Assembly (NCBI GenBank): GCA_041661305.1
Contig: JBAZUR010000001.1
Coordinates: 99,833 to 163,832 of the forward strand
DNA length: 64,000 nucleotides
Direction: 5' to 3'
Origin: Minisyncoccota bacterium
GTDB lineage: Bacteria; Patescibacteriota; Minisyncoccia; Phycocordibacterales; VMEP01
Shown here: piece by piece, positions 1 to 10,004 of the stretch
How the letters are laid out: every line of letters begins with the position of its first letter
How positions within the stretch are numbered: the first letter of the stretch is position 1
Position numbers and translations under genes: made by a program
Notes under the pieces: generated by a model
What the model saw: the letters and a program-made list of their open reading frames with translations, nothing else
The model's database searches: none
Told to the model about the DNA's origin: nothing

Positions 1-622
1 TCGTCTCCGAGAAGAGTTCAAATATAAGCACGCTGACATTGCGCAGAAGGTTGGCAAGAGTCGCGAATATGTTTCAAACACAATGCGACTCCTTCTTCTC
101 CCAGAGGAAATGAGAATCGGCCTTGCTCAAGGAAAAATTTCCGAAGGACACACTCGCCCAATTTTGATGCTTGTCGATAGACCTGAGGAGCAAATGACTT
201 TGTACAAAGAAATTGTTTTTAAGCGCATTACTGTGCGTGAGGCAGAAAGCATTGCCAGAAAAATTGCTCACGACCGTGTTCGTAAAAAGGAAATTATATT
301 TGACCCAGAGGCTCTTGAACTTGAGGGAAAAATTGCCGAAGCGCTTGGAACACGTGTCTCCCTTGAGAAGAGAGAGGTTGGGGGCAAGCTAGTAATCGAT
401 TTTTATTCAAACGACGATTTGAGAGCTATTTTCCAGCTCCTAAACGCAAACAAAGAAGACCGCCGAGAATTGCTCGAACAGTTTATTGAAGGGCGTGAAT
501 TGGAAAATACTGTTAACGAAGCAGAAATCGGAGTGGATGCTCTCCTAGACGACCGTTCAAAAGACGAGATACAAGAACAGCAAGAAGACGATTTGTATTA
601 CGTTCGCAACTTCTCTCTCTAG
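1..622 (+). CDS. parB: Chromosome partitioning protein ParB/Spo0J, C-terminal part (5' end outside window)
   Basis: Frame from nt 2 reads RLREEFKYKHADIAQKVGKSREYVSNTMRLL, the ParB HTH; ORF continues to stop at 620-622. Confidence 0.8.
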   Translation, partial: RLREEFKYKHADIAQKVGKSREYVSNTMRLLLLPEEMRIGLAQGKISEGHTRPILMLVDRPEEQMTLYKEIVFKRITVREAESIARKIAHDRVRKKEIIFDPEALELEGKIAEALGTRVSLEKREVGGKLVIDFYSNDDLRAIFQLLNANKEDRRELLEQFIEGRELENTVNEAEIGVDALLDDRSKDEIQEQQEDDLYYVRNFSL

Positions 623-628
623 TTAGGT

Positions 629-2149
629 TTACTTGTTTCCTTTTAGGAATTTAGCAAATTGATCAGCCAATCCTTCCTGTGCGTGAGATTTGATTTGTTT
701 GCGAGCAAAAGCGGTTTTGGTAAACTCAAGCCACTTTGCAGACGGTTTGCTTCCTTCTTTTGTTGATATTTCTACGATATCGGCGTTCTTAAGTTTTGTG
801 TTAAGTGCTACCAATTTTCCGTTGACCTTTGCGCCAGAAACATGGTTTCCAACATCAGAATGGATAGCATACGCAAAATCAATTGGCGACGATTCTTCTG
901 GAAGTTCAATAACATCACCTTGTGGAGTAAACACGAAAACTCGGTTTTTGAAAAAATCCATTTTTAAGTGCTCCAAAAATTCTCCGCTTTTAGAAACATT
1001 TTTTTGCCATTCGGTTATTTCTTGAATCCACTCAAGTTTTTTATTTACGTTTTCCTCTTTTGGCTTACTTTTCTTTTTGCCAACTTCTTTATATCCCAAA
1101 TGTGAGGCGATACCGAACTCTGCTTCCTCGTGCATTTCTTTTGTTCGTATTTGTATTTCAATTATTCCGCCGTCGCCAGAAAAAACAGTAGTGTGAATGC
1201 TTTGATAGCCGTTTGGTTTTGGAAGAGCGATATAATCTTTAATTCTTCCGGGGAGCGGACGCCATTTTTTGTGGATAATTCCAAGTACTCGATAACAATC
1301 TTCGATCGACGGAACAATAATACGCAAGGCGACAAGATCGTATATTTTATCCATATCCATATCATGACGCTTCAACTTTAAGTACAAGCTCCAGAGATGT
1401 TTTATGCGGGAGTCAGTTTTAAAACTTTTTACCCCATTTTCAGCAAGCTCTTTTCGAAGGGAACGTTTTATTTTTTCAGCTTCCAGTTCACCTGCAGTTT
1501 CCCTCTCTTTTAGAAGTTTTTTTACTTGTTCAAATTCTTTTGGGTAGGCGAACTCAAAAGAATAATCTTCGAGCTCTCCTTGAATTCGTCCGATACCAAG
1601 GCGGTTCGCAATTGGCGCATATATTTCAAGTGTCTCTAGTGCTATGCGCTTTCTTTTTGCCTCAGGTACATGTCTCAAGGTGCTCACGTTATGAAGGCGG
1701 TCTGCAAGTTTAATAACGATAACGCGTGCGTCTTGGCCAGTGGCGATGAAGAATTTACGCAAACTTTCTACGTGACGCTCAAGACCGCGATACTTAAGCT
1801 TTCCGAGTTTGGTGACTCCTTTTACGAGGAAGGAAATTTCGGGACCGAACTCTTTTAATATTTCTTCGTCTGAGATGTTTGAGTCCTCAACGGTGTCGTG
1901 AAGAAGTCCGGCGGCAATAGTTTTGGCGTCCATGTGTAGACGGGCCAAATTCTTAGCAACCTCAACAACGTGAGATTCAAAATATGGCTCACCTGAAAAA
2001 CGTTTTTGATCCCCATGTGCTTTTTTTGCAAACGAATAAGCCCTTTCGACAAGAGCTTCATTTTCTTTAGTTTTCTTGACCATCAGGTCGGTAATATCTT
2101 TCGCAGAGACCATTAAATCAATACTAGAACTTAACTTGGCTTTCTGCAA
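629..2149 (-). CDS. rel: Bifunctional (p)ppGpp synthetase/hydrolase, short RelA/SpoT homolog with HD, synthetase and TGS domains and no ACT domain
   Basis: HD motif LLHDTVEDS, RelA/SpoT synthetase core, C-terminal TGS-like segment; 506 aa. Confidence 0.85.
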   Translation of the reverse strand: MQKAKLSSSIDLMVSAKDITDLMVKKTKENEALVERAYSFAKKAHGDQKRFSGEPYFESHVVEVAKNLARLHMDAKTIAAGLLHDTVEDSNISDEEILKEFGPEISFLVKGVTKLGKLKYRGLERHVESLRKFFIATGQDARVIVIKLADRLHNVSTLRHVPEAKRKRIALETLEIYAPIANRLGIGRIQGELEDYSFEFAYPKEFEQVKKLLKERETAGELEAEKIKRSLRKELAENGVKSFKTDSRIKHLWSLYLKLKRHDMDMDKIYDLVALRIIVPSIEDCYRVLGIIHKKWRPLPGRIKDYIALPKPNGYQSIHTTVFSGDGGIIEIQIRTKEMHEEAEFGIASHLGYKEVGKKKSKPKEENVNKKLEWIQEITEWQKNVSKSGEFLEHLKMDFFKNRVFVFTPQGDVIELPEESSPIDFAYAIHSDVGNHVSGAKVNGKLVALNTKLKNADIVEISTKEGSKPSAKWLEFTKTAFARKQIKSHAQEGLADQFAKFLKGNK

Positions 2150-2275
2150 ATAGTATTTTTACTTTCCCTTTTTAAAAACACGATAAAATTCTGCTGAATT
2201 TTTCTATACTCGCGCTCGTCGCGCTCCGTAATGTTTTTAAAAAGGAAAAATTGGGGTTTAGATAAAAGAGGCTAT

Positions 2276-4477
2276 TTACTCGATTTTTTTCTTACCGATT
2301 TTATGTGGATTGTGATTTGGACAAACTTTACTAGAACAGCGTTCGGGGATGGTCTTTGTGCCCTCCATCATGAGGGAGTCGCAAAGTTTACAAAGTTTTC
2401 CAGTTGGGCGCGCCTTGATAGCGTTTTTACAAGAAGGATAATCTGAGCAGGAAAAGAAAACACCAAAGCGCCCACGCCTTTCAACCATTTCACCTTTCTT
2501 ACAAGCAGGGCAGGTAACACCAGTTTTACCTTTGGCCTCCTCCTCGGCACTCTTTTTAATAAACTTACATTTAGGATAGTTTGCACAGGCAATAAATTTT
2601 CCATAACGCCCTTCGCGTTCAATCAATTTTCCTTTTAGACACAAAGGGCAATCCTCGCCAGTTTCTTTTGGTCCTTCTAGTTCTGTTCCGTCTAGTTTTC
2701 TTGCACCGACACAATCGGGAAATTTGGAACAAGAAAGGAATTTGCCACTGCGGCTTAGTTTGATGACCATCGAGCTGTCACATTTTGGACAGCGGATATT
2801 TTCATCAGCTTCGCCGAGGTTTGTTAGCTTGGCGATTTTGTCTTTTGATTTAACGTCTTTAGAGAAAGGCTTGTAGAAATCGCGCAAAGTTTTTTCATAG
2901 TCTCTTTTGCCTTCGGCGATTTGGTCGAGCTTATCTTCCATTTCGGCGGTAAACGAGTCGCTAATATAATTTTCAAAATTTTGCTCAAGGAAACTACTAA
3001 CAACCTCGCCAACATCTGTACCACGAAGAGAGCGCCCTTCTTTTTCCACGTACTCACGCTCCAAAATTGTTTTTATAATCGCAGCATAAGTTGAAGGCCG
3101 GCCGATACCGCGTTTTTCAAGTTCTTTAATAAGACCAGCTTCTGTGTAGCGATTTGGTGGTTCAGTTTGCTTTCCTTCTTCTTCAAGTGAAACAAGTGTT
3201 AATGTTTCGCCAACTTCAGTCAAAGGTAATTCAACATCATCTTCCCGTGAATCTTTGTCTGCCTCTAGCCAACCTAAAAATAGGATTCTGTGACCAGTCG
3301 CAGTGAAGTCTGGAATCTCACCATCCTTTATGTTTGCTGTTATTTTTGTACGCAACATTGTTGCGTCGGCCATTTGAGATGCGACAGTGCGTTGCCAAAT
3401 TAAGCGATAAAGCTTTTTCTCAGCATCGTTTGAGCCACGTTCTTCAAACGAAGCGTTTGTTGGACGGATTGCCTCGTGTGCCTCTTGGGCGCTTTTACTC
3501 TTAGTCTTAAAAACACGAGGTACAACATATTTTTCTCCAAATCTTTTACCAACCATAGTAATGATTTGCTCCTGCGCTTCCTTGGAGAGGTTTGGGCTAT
3601 CTGTACGCATGTAGGTAATATGTCCAGCTTCATATAGGCGTTGTGCGAGCGACATCGTTCTTGATGGAGCAAGACCAAGACGTGAACTTGCGGCCTGCTG
3701 AAGAGTCGAAGTGATGAATGGTGGGCGAGGAGCTCGCGAAGTTTCGCTTTCATCAAGTTTTTTAACAAACCATTCACCTTTCTTACCTAAGGTAAGAATT
3801 TTTTTAACTTCCTTTTCGTCGCGCGGTTCTTCGACGCAAGTAAGCAGAAGTGGAGATTTCTTTTTTGTTTTTGTTTCAGCTCTTATAACCCAATATTGCT
3901 CAGGGATAAAAGCACGGATTTCACGCTCTCGCTCAATCACGATTCGTAGTGCTGGTGATTGCACGCGTCCAGCCGAAAGACCGTAACGAACTTTTTTCCA
4001 AATAAGACCAGAGAGATCGTATCCGAAAAGTCTGTCCAAAACTCGACGTGCTTCTTGAGCCTTTCGTAAATCAGTATCAATATCACGTGGGTGCTTAAGC
4101 GCCTCCTTCACAGCACTTTCGGTAATCTCGTTGAAGACGATTCTTTTAATTGGAATTTTTTTCTTTAGAGATGGAAGTAATATTTCCTTCACGTGCCACG
4201 CGATAGCTTCTCCTTCACGATCCGGGTCGGATGCGAGAATTATTTCAGTTGATTTTTTAGCCTCTTCTTGAAGTTCTGCGACAACCTTTTCTTTTCCTTT
4301 AGAAATTTCATAACGTGGAACAAACCCGCCTTCAATATCAATGGCGGTTTTATTACTCTTTGGCAAATCGCGAACATGGCCAACGCTCGCCATAACAACG
4401 AATTCCTTTCCCACATATTTGGAAATTGTTTTCGATTTGGCGGGTGATTCAACTATAAGAAGTTTTGTCATTGCCAT
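2276..4477 (-). CDS. topA: DNA topoisomerase I
   Basis: TOPRIM N-terminus LLIVESPAKSKTISKY; multiple C-terminal C4 zinc ribbons; 733 aa. Confidence 0.9.
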   Translation of the reverse strand: MAMTKLLIVESPAKSKTISKYVGKEFVVMASVGHVRDLPKSNKTAIDIEGGFVPRYEISKGKEKVVAELQEEAKKSTEIILASDPDREGEAIAWHVKEILLPSLKKKIPIKRIVFNEITESAVKEALKHPRDIDTDLRKAQEARRVLDRLFGYDLSGLIWKKVRYGLSAGRVQSPALRIVIEREREIRAFIPEQYWVIRAETKTKKKSPLLLTCVEEPRDEKEVKKILTLGKKGEWFVKKLDESETSRAPRPPFITSTLQQAASSRLGLAPSRTMSLAQRLYEAGHITYMRTDSPNLSKEAQEQIITMVGKRFGEKYVVPRVFKTKSKSAQEAHEAIRPTNASFEERGSNDAEKKLYRLIWQRTVASQMADATMLRTKITANIKDGEIPDFTATGHRILFLGWLEADKDSREDDVELPLTEVGETLTLVSLEEEGKQTEPPNRYTEAGLIKELEKRGIGRPSTYAAIIKTILEREYVEKEGRSLRGTDVGEVVSSFLEQNFENYISDSFTAEMEDKLDQIAEGKRDYEKTLRDFYKPFSKDVKSKDKIAKLTNLGEADENIRCPKCDSSMVIKLSRSGKFLSCSKFPDCVGARKLDGTELEGPKETGEDCPLCLKGKLIEREGRYGKFIACANYPKCKFIKKSAEEEAKGKTGVTCPACKKGEMVERRGRFGVFFSCSDYPSCKNAIKARPTGKLCKLCDSLMMEGTKTIPERCSSKVCPNHNPHKIGKKKIE

Positions 4478-4643
4478 AACTTGTACAACATTAAATTTAT
4501 TTTTGCAAATTTAGGGTTATTTCTGTTTTTAAAAACACACATAAAACTTTGCTAAGTTTTTGTTATGCTCGGCCCGGTCGGCCTGCGCAATGTTTTAAAA
4601 AACAGAAATGAGAGCACGAAGAAATCGGTTAAATAACAAAAAA

Positions 4644-4667
4644 ACTCGCGCGAGGCGAGTTTTTTTG
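4644..4667 (-). terminator. Intrinsic terminator hairpin (ACTCGC-GCGAG-GCGAGT) with flanking A/T runs, downstream of pilin gene
   Basis: Stem-loop plus T-run on minus strand immediately after pilin stop. Confidence 0.5.
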
Positions 4668-4684
4668 TTTCAAACCATAAAAAA

Positions 4685-5161
4685 TTATGGCTTGTAGTCT
4701 ACGATCAACGTAGGTGTGTCAGCACCGCTGAAGTCAGCACCGCTTCCTGTACAAGCAGTTCCCGCTGTTGCATCTGCGTCACTCGACAAAGCATCGTTTG
4801 TTCCTTCGAGTGTAGCTCCTAAGTGGTAGCTATCACAAGTTGAACCTGCTCCCAAACCAGCATATAGATACTGTGTTGGTGTAGAGGTCGATGTACTTGA
4901 TGGGTCGACTGGAACATTTGCTAAGAAACCACCCGATACGAGTCCTGAAAGGGCTGTTGGGTATTGTTTGTTTGTATCGTAATAAAGAACAAGCGCAGTT
5001 CTAATGCTACCTAAGTCACCAACGCGCTTTGCGTCACGTGCCTTGGCGCGAGCTGAGTTTAAACTTGCCAAAACGATACTCGACAAAATTCCAATAATTG
5101 CGATCACAACTAATAATTCTACGAGCGTAAAGCCGCTCTCGCTTTTTCTTATTTTCATCAT
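4685..5161 (-). CDS. Type IV pilin / pseudopilin with prepilin N-terminal cleavage-methylation domain
   Basis: N-terminus KSESGFTLVELLVVIAIIGIL is a class III signal peptide. Confidence 0.8.
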   Translation of the reverse strand: MMKIRKSESGFTLVELLVVIAIIGILSSIVLASLNSARAKARDAKRVGDLGSIRTALVLYYDTNKQYPTALSGLVSGGFLANVPVDPSSTSTSTPTQYLYAGLGAGSTCDSYHLGATLEGTNDALSSDADATAGTACTGSGADFSGADTPTLIVDYKP

Positions 5162-5206
5162 AACTCAATCAGTATAGCAAAGAAAAACAACAATAACGCA
5201 AGCGTT

Positions 5207-6073
5207 TTAGATTATCCTGTGGATTTCTCCAAATTGTTCCGAAATCAAGCCTTTAATTTCAAGTAGAGAAAGTACTGAATTGAGTTGGTGGACGGGAAGC
5301 TCTGCTTTTTTGACTAGCTCATCGCGTGAGAGAGGTTCGTTAAGTATTTCTAGAATATTTCTTTCGTCTGAAGAGCAATCTAGAAGTAGGGAATTATTTT
5401 GCGAAATATTTCTTTCTACAGAAAAACCAAGCGCCGAAAGTAAATCAGAACTTTCGGTGATTGGTGTTGCTCCTTCTTTGATTAAACGATTTGTCCCTTT
5501 TGAAGACGAAGAAAAAATACTTCCCGGAACGGAGTAAACTTCTTTGTTGTAGTCGAGAGCAAGTCGCGCTGTGATAAGTGAACCAGATTTTTCTGGTGTC
5601 TCGATGACAAGAGTTGCTTTTGAAATGCCAGCCATCAGACGATTCCTTTGTGGAAAAGACCAAGTGGTTGCTCGGAAGTCTGGTTCGTACTCAGAAATTA
5701 ATGCTCCACCACTCTCTACAATCTCATCAGCAAGGCGCGCGTTTGTCGCAGGGTACAAAACTTTTCGTGAAAGCCCAGAGCCAGGGAAAGAAATTGTTTG
5801 CAGTTTCGCGTTGAGCGCTGAGCGGTGGGCAATAGCATCAATGCCGAGGGCGAGACCGGAAACAATAACAATAGGATAGCCACGCAGTCCATCAATAAGA
5901 CGCTCACAAGCTTCTCTTCCATAAGAAGTATATTTCCGCGAACCAATGACAGTCAGAAATGTTTTTGAGTAGTCTGGAAGAGATCCTTCTATATATAGAT
6001 GTTTGGGAGGCTGGGGAATCTCAAGTAAAGCCTCTGGGAATTCGTTTGGTAAAAGTTTTCTTACTGTCTGCAT
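5207..6073 (-). CDS. dprA: DNA processing protein DprA (Smf)
   Basis: Rossmann-like DprA core (VIVSGLALGIDAIAH...) and C-terminal winged helix; 288 aa. Confidence 0.8.
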   Translation of the reverse strand: MQTVRKLLPNEFPEALLEIPQPPKHLYIEGSLPDYSKTFLTVIGSRKYTSYGREACERLIDGLRGYPIVIVSGLALGIDAIAHRSALNAKLQTISFPGSGLSRKVLYPATNARLADEIVESGGALISEYEPDFRATTWSFPQRNRLMAGISKATLVIETPEKSGSLITARLALDYNKEVYSVPGSIFSSSSKGTNRLIKEGATPITESSDLLSALGFSVERNISQNNSLLLDCSSDERNILEILNEPLSRDELVKKAELPVHQLNSVLSLLEIKGLISEQFGEIHRII

Positions 6074-6193
6074 TTTTAAATAATATCACTAGTCTTATCT
6101 TGCCCGAAAGTATGACGGGGATTATACTGAATTTAAGTTTTCGGTTTTTGTATTTACCTAAAAGCTAATACCTAGAAGCTAAAAGCTATTTTC

Positions 6194-7468
6194 ATGCTAG
6201 ATATTAAATTCATTAAAGAAAACCCCGATCTAATCAGGGAAGCTTCTCGAAAAAAACTTATCAATTTTAATGTTGATGAGTTATTAGCTATTGAAGAAAA
6301 AAGACTTTCAGCGCTTTTGGCCGTTGAGGGTTTGCGTGCTGAACAAAACAGAGCAAGCGATGAGGTCGCGAGAGGGGCCGATCCTGTTACGCGCGAAAGG
6401 TTGGTTTCCGAGATGAAGCTTTTGAAAGAACAGCTCAAGCAAAGAGAGGAGGAGTTGAAGGAGATAATGTCCACATGGCAGGCGCTTATGCTTCAGGTTC
6501 CAAATGTTCCAGATATGTCCGTTCCAGATGGTTTGAGTGATGAAGACAATATGGAGGTCAAGAAATGGGGGAATATTCCAGAATTCAAATTTGAACCAAG
6601 AAATCACATAGACCTCATGCAACAAAATGGAATGGTTGATTTTGAGAGAGGTGTTAAGGTCGCCGGTTTCCGTGGATACTTTTTGAAAGGTGATGGCGCG
6701 CTTTTAGCTTTTGCAGTTTGGCAGTATGCGCAAAAGTTTTTCTTGAGTCGTGGCTTTATGCCGATTATTGCGCCGTCACTTGTTCGCCGAGAAGTTTTTC
6801 TTGGAACAGGATATATTCCACAGGGGGAAGAAGATTTGTATAAAACACAAGATGGAGATTTTTTGGCGGGAACAGCAGAGGTCGGTGTTATGGGGTATCA
6901 CATGGATGAAATTATCGACAAAGAAGAATTCCCAAAAAAATATTTAGGATTTTCACCATGCTTTCGTAGGGAAGCAGGAAGTCACGGGAAAGATACAAAA
7001 GGTCTTATTCGAGTTCATGAATTTTATAAATGGGAACAAGTTGTTTTATGTGAAGCTAGTCACGAAGAATCTGCAAAGTGGCACGAGTGGCTCAATCGAA
7101 ATACAGAAGAGTTTATTGAGTCGTTGAACATTCCATATCATACTGTCGCCAATTGTGGCGGTGACTTGGGTCTTGGGCAAGTAAAAAAATATGATATTGA
7201 GCTTTGGGTGCCGGGAGAAAATAAATACCGCGAGATAAGCTCTGCTTCTTATTTCCACGATTTCCAAACAAGAAGAATGAATATTCGCTACAAGGGTGAT
7301 GATGGAAAACTCCGCTTCGCCCACTCGTTAAATAGCACGGCAATCCCAACGCCAAGAATTCTAGTCTCTATTATTGAGAACTTCCAAAACGAAGACGGTT
7401 CAATCACTGTTCCAGAAGCGCTACGTCCGTTTTTTGGTAAAGACGTTATCGACAATATTAATCGCTAA
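6194..7468 (+). CDS. serS: Seryl-tRNA synthetase
   Basis: N-terminal coiled-coil arm, class II aaRS core; 424 aa. Confidence 0.9.
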   Translation: MLDIKFIKENPDLIREASRKKLINFNVDELLAIEEKRLSALLAVEGLRAEQNRASDEVARGADPVTRERLVSEMKLLKEQLKQREEELKEIMSTWQALMLQVPNVPDMSVPDGLSDEDNMEVKKWGNIPEFKFEPRNHIDLMQQNGMVDFERGVKVAGFRGYFLKGDGALLAFAVWQYAQKFFLSRGFMPIIAPSLVRREVFLGTGYIPQGEEDLYKTQDGDFLAGTAEVGVMGYHMDEIIDKEEFPKKYLGFSPCFRREAGSHGKDTKGLIRVHEFYKWEQVVLCEASHEESAKWHEWLNRNTEEFIESLNIPYHTVANCGGDLGLGQVKKYDIELWVPGENKYREISSASYFHDFQTRRMNIRYKGDDGKLRFAHSLNSTAIPTPRILVSIIENFQNEDGSITVPEALRPFFGKDVIDNINR

Positions 7469-7480
7469 ACTTCAATCTCT

Positions 7481-8332
7481 ATGGACTTTGGGCTTCCGGT
7501 TCAAAAAAAAGCACCCACAGCCCGGGATCGTCGGCGCAAGGTGTTAATAAAAAAAGTATCAATAACGCTCGTATCGTTTTTGGTGTTTTTCGGTATTTTT
7601 TCTTATGTAATGAATTTTTCTCCGCTTCGCGTTGAAAAGGTTGTTATCTTCGGCACAAATATCGTGCCAGAGGGTGAGGTGGCGGAGGCGGTAAATACTC
7701 TGATTTCTGGTAAATATTTTTTTCTTATACCAAAGAATAATGTTTTCTTTTACCCCAAAGAGAGACTTAAGAATGATTTGCTAAGTAAGTTTAGTCGAAT
7801 CGAGGCAGTGTATCCGGCGCTTGATAGAGGAAATATTTTGGTTATCACTGTCGCGGAACGTTCTCCGAAATATGTTTGGTGTGGCAAGGAAAACAGGAGA
7901 GATGTTTCTACCCACGAGGAGTGTTATTTTATGGATAAGGATGGTTATATCTTCATTAAGTCTCCAGATTTTTCCCCAAATGTTTTCTTTAGGATTTATG
8001 GTGAACTTGCCTCAACAACCGAACCGATAGGAGCAAGAGTTTTTTCTCCAGATGAATTTGTAAGAATTATGGATTTCAGGAGCGCTGTTTCAAGTATTGG
8101 TTTTAGTCTGAAGGCAGTTGTGTCTTTGAAAGATGGAGATTACGAGTTCGTTCTCAGTAATGGAGGAAAAATTCTTTTTAATTCAAAAAATGATTTTGAT
8201 AAATCTGCCGACAACATTCGTCTAGCTGTTACCTCGGCTCCGCTTTTTGACGAATTAAAAGCAAAACCAAACCAGCTTCTATATATAGACGTGCGTTTTG
8301 GGAACAAGGTCTTCTATAAATTTGACGATTAG
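7481..8332 (+). CDS. FtsQ/DivIB-like cell division protein (POTRA domain, N-terminal TM)
   Basis: Basic N-terminus, single TM, POTRA-like segment VEKVVIFGTNIVPEGEV. Confidence 0.55.
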   Translation: MDFGLPVQKKAPTARDRRRKVLIKKVSITLVSFLVFFGIFSYVMNFSPLRVEKVVIFGTNIVPEGEVAEAVNTLISGKYFFLIPKNNVFFYPKERLKNDLLSKFSRIEAVYPALDRGNILVITVAERSPKYVWCGKENRRDVSTHEECYFMDKDGYIFIKSPDFSPNVFFRIYGELASTTEPIGARVFSPDEFVRIMDFRSAVSSIGFSLKAVVSLKDGDYEFVLSNGGKILFNSKNDFDKSADNIRLAVTSAPLFDELKAKPNQLLYIDVRFGNKVFYKFDD

Positions 8333-8409
8333 GTTAAATTCTCACCTCTTTTAATTTTTGCAATATTGTTGTAGCTTGTCGGTAGGCACAATTTATCTGG
8401 AGGGTTCCC

Positions 8410-8883
8410 ATGAATAATAGTACGGCTTTTCGTTTTCCGATTGGGCTTGCTTACACGCTTTCGGTCGCCGTTGTTGAGGCGATACAGCACAAGCGTAGCT
8501 TTGTCGGCAAGAACGACCTCAAACGACTTCTTGAGTGGTACCAGAACGCAGCGTACCCCTGGAACGCCGCTTTGTTTTCGCGGGAAGGCACAACCGACGA
8601 AGGGCAGGCGCTCTATATTTTGATGAGGCATGTTCACTCGAAAAACGCAGTGAACGGTGTTCGTCAAAGGGTATCGCTCGTAGCTCGGGTTGCCGAGTTC
8701 ATGAGCAGATTTCCGAGGAAAACTTACTCGCATCACGACTTCCACTTCGTACTCGATTTCTTCAACGATTTGTCCATCGAAATAATGAAGTACAGGCGTG
8801 ATGTCGGACGGAGAAAGAGAAGGGCTCGGGCGGGGATGAAAATTGCGCACATCAAAAACAGGATGGCGCACGCGCGGATTTAG
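8410..8883 (+). CDS. Hypothetical basic protein in GC-rich foreign cassette A (157 aa)
   Basis: GGAGGG Shine-Dalgarno 5 nt before ATG; Arg/Lys-rich C-terminus; followed by terminator; GC far above flanks; ORFs open in several frames, so a structured RNA cannot be excluded. Confidence 0.4.
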   Translation: MNNSTAFRFPIGLAYTLSVAVVEAIQHKRSFVGKNDLKRLLEWYQNAAYPWNAALFSREGTTDEGQALYILMRHVHSKNAVNGVRQRVSLVARVAEFMSRFPRKTYSHHDFHFVLDFFNDLSIEIMKYRRDVGRRKRRARAGMKIAHIKNRMAHARI

Positions 8884-8895
8884 TCCGCAGATTAC

Positions 8896-8923
8896 AAAGG
8901 GGCGCTTCGGCGCCCCTTTTTTG
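8896..8923 (+). terminator. Rho-independent terminator GGGGCGCTTCGGCGCCCC + T6
   Basis: Perfect GC-rich hairpin followed by TTTTTTG. Confidence 0.8.
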
Positions 8924-8963
8924 TATCCGACAGAAAAAAACAACTTATGCTAATATCGGGCAA

Positions 8964-9929
8964 ATGAAAGGATTTTGGGGAAAGTTGAATAAGCCATTTT
9001 TTGTTTTGGCACCAATGGCCGATGTCACCGACGCGGCTTTTCGTCGTATCATCGCAAAGTATGGCAAACCAGATGTTTTTTGGACAGAGTTTGTTTCCGC
9101 TGATGGTTTGTGTAATCCAAAAGGGCGAGAGAAGCTTTTGATTGATTTGTCATACACAGAAGCGGAACGTCCGATTATTGCGCAAATTTTTTCTTCTAAA
9201 CCAGACAATGTTCGCGAAGCCGCAAAACTAATTAAAGAATTGGGCTTTGATGGACTCGACATAAACATGGGTTGTCCAGATAGGACGATAGAAAAACAAG
9301 GCGCGGGTGCTTCGCTTATGAAGAATCCAAAACTCGCGCAAGAAATTATCCTCGCCGCGAAAGAAGGCGCAGGGGATATGCCAGTATCTGTCAAAACACG
9401 CCTTGGGTATAACAAAGATATTCTAGAAGAATGGCTCCCGGCTCTACTTGAGACTAAACCAGTCGCGATAACCGTGCATGCTCGCAACAGAAAAGAACTG
9501 TCGGATTTTCCAGCACGATGGGAAATGGTTGCGCGGGCGGTGGAGATTCGCAACGAACTAAAGAGCGATACTTTAATTCTTGGTAATGGCGACGTTAGAG
9601 ATATTGCCGATGCGAAAAGAAAAGTAGAAGAAACTAGCGTTGATGGGGTGATGCTTGGACGAGCGATTTTTGGCAATCCATTTCTTTTTGGTAGCGACAA
9701 GAGAGAAGTATCAATAAAAGAGAGATTGGAAATAATGGTTGAACATACGAAACTTTTTGAGGAATTATTTAAAAACGAGAAAAATTTTGCCGTGATGAAA
9801 AAGCACTACAAAGCGTATGTTCACGGATTTGATGGAGCAAAAGAGCTCCGAGTTGAGTTGATGGAAACAAAAACAGCCAAAGAAGTTGAGGAACTTGTGA
9901 AGAAGTTTCTAGGTGGTAGGGGTGCGTAG
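8964..9929 (+). CDS. dus: tRNA-dihydrouridine synthase (Dus family)
   Basis: FVLAPMADVTDAAFRRI, TIM-barrel FMN motifs, catalytic Cys in GCPD; 321 aa. Confidence 0.85.
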   Translation: MKGFWGKLNKPFFVLAPMADVTDAAFRRIIAKYGKPDVFWTEFVSADGLCNPKGREKLLIDLSYTEAERPIIAQIFSSKPDNVREAAKLIKELGFDGLDINMGCPDRTIEKQGAGASLMKNPKLAQEIILAAKEGAGDMPVSVKTRLGYNKDILEEWLPALLETKPVAITVHARNRKELSDFPARWEMVARAVEIRNELKSDTLILGNGDVRDIADAKRKVEETSVDGVMLGRAIFGNPFLFGSDKREVSIKERLEIMVEHTKLFEELFKNEKNFAVMKKHYKAYVHGFDGAKELRVELMETKTAKEVEELVKKFLGGRGA

Positions 9930-10004
9930 AAACGTTGTAATAAATTTTTGAAGGAATAGAATTAAAGGAGCAGTACAAAACGTATAAAAAGAAAGGAGAG
10001 ACGT

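Noticed and set aside
2368-4452. Multiple short ORFs embedded in topA on both strands (e.g. 2368-2622, 3400-3777, 3711-3986)
   Set aside because: Fully contained in the well-supported topA reading frame region; overlap artefacts.
8340-8930. Tried to assign the GC-rich multi-frame-ORF region to RNase P RNA, tmRNA or another large ncRNA
   Set aside because: No P4 / GGAAAGUCCGG-type RNase P motifs and no tmRNA 5' GGGG...3' CCA tRNA-like ends or ANDENYALAA-type tag frame. The presence of a perfect SD + ATG and terminator favours a CDS. Kept as low-confidence CDS with the RNA alternative flagged.
8329-8943. 204-aa minus-strand ORF antisense to cassette A
   Set aside because: No SD or promoter, and composition-driven. 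Long antisense ORFs are expected in GC-rich DNA.
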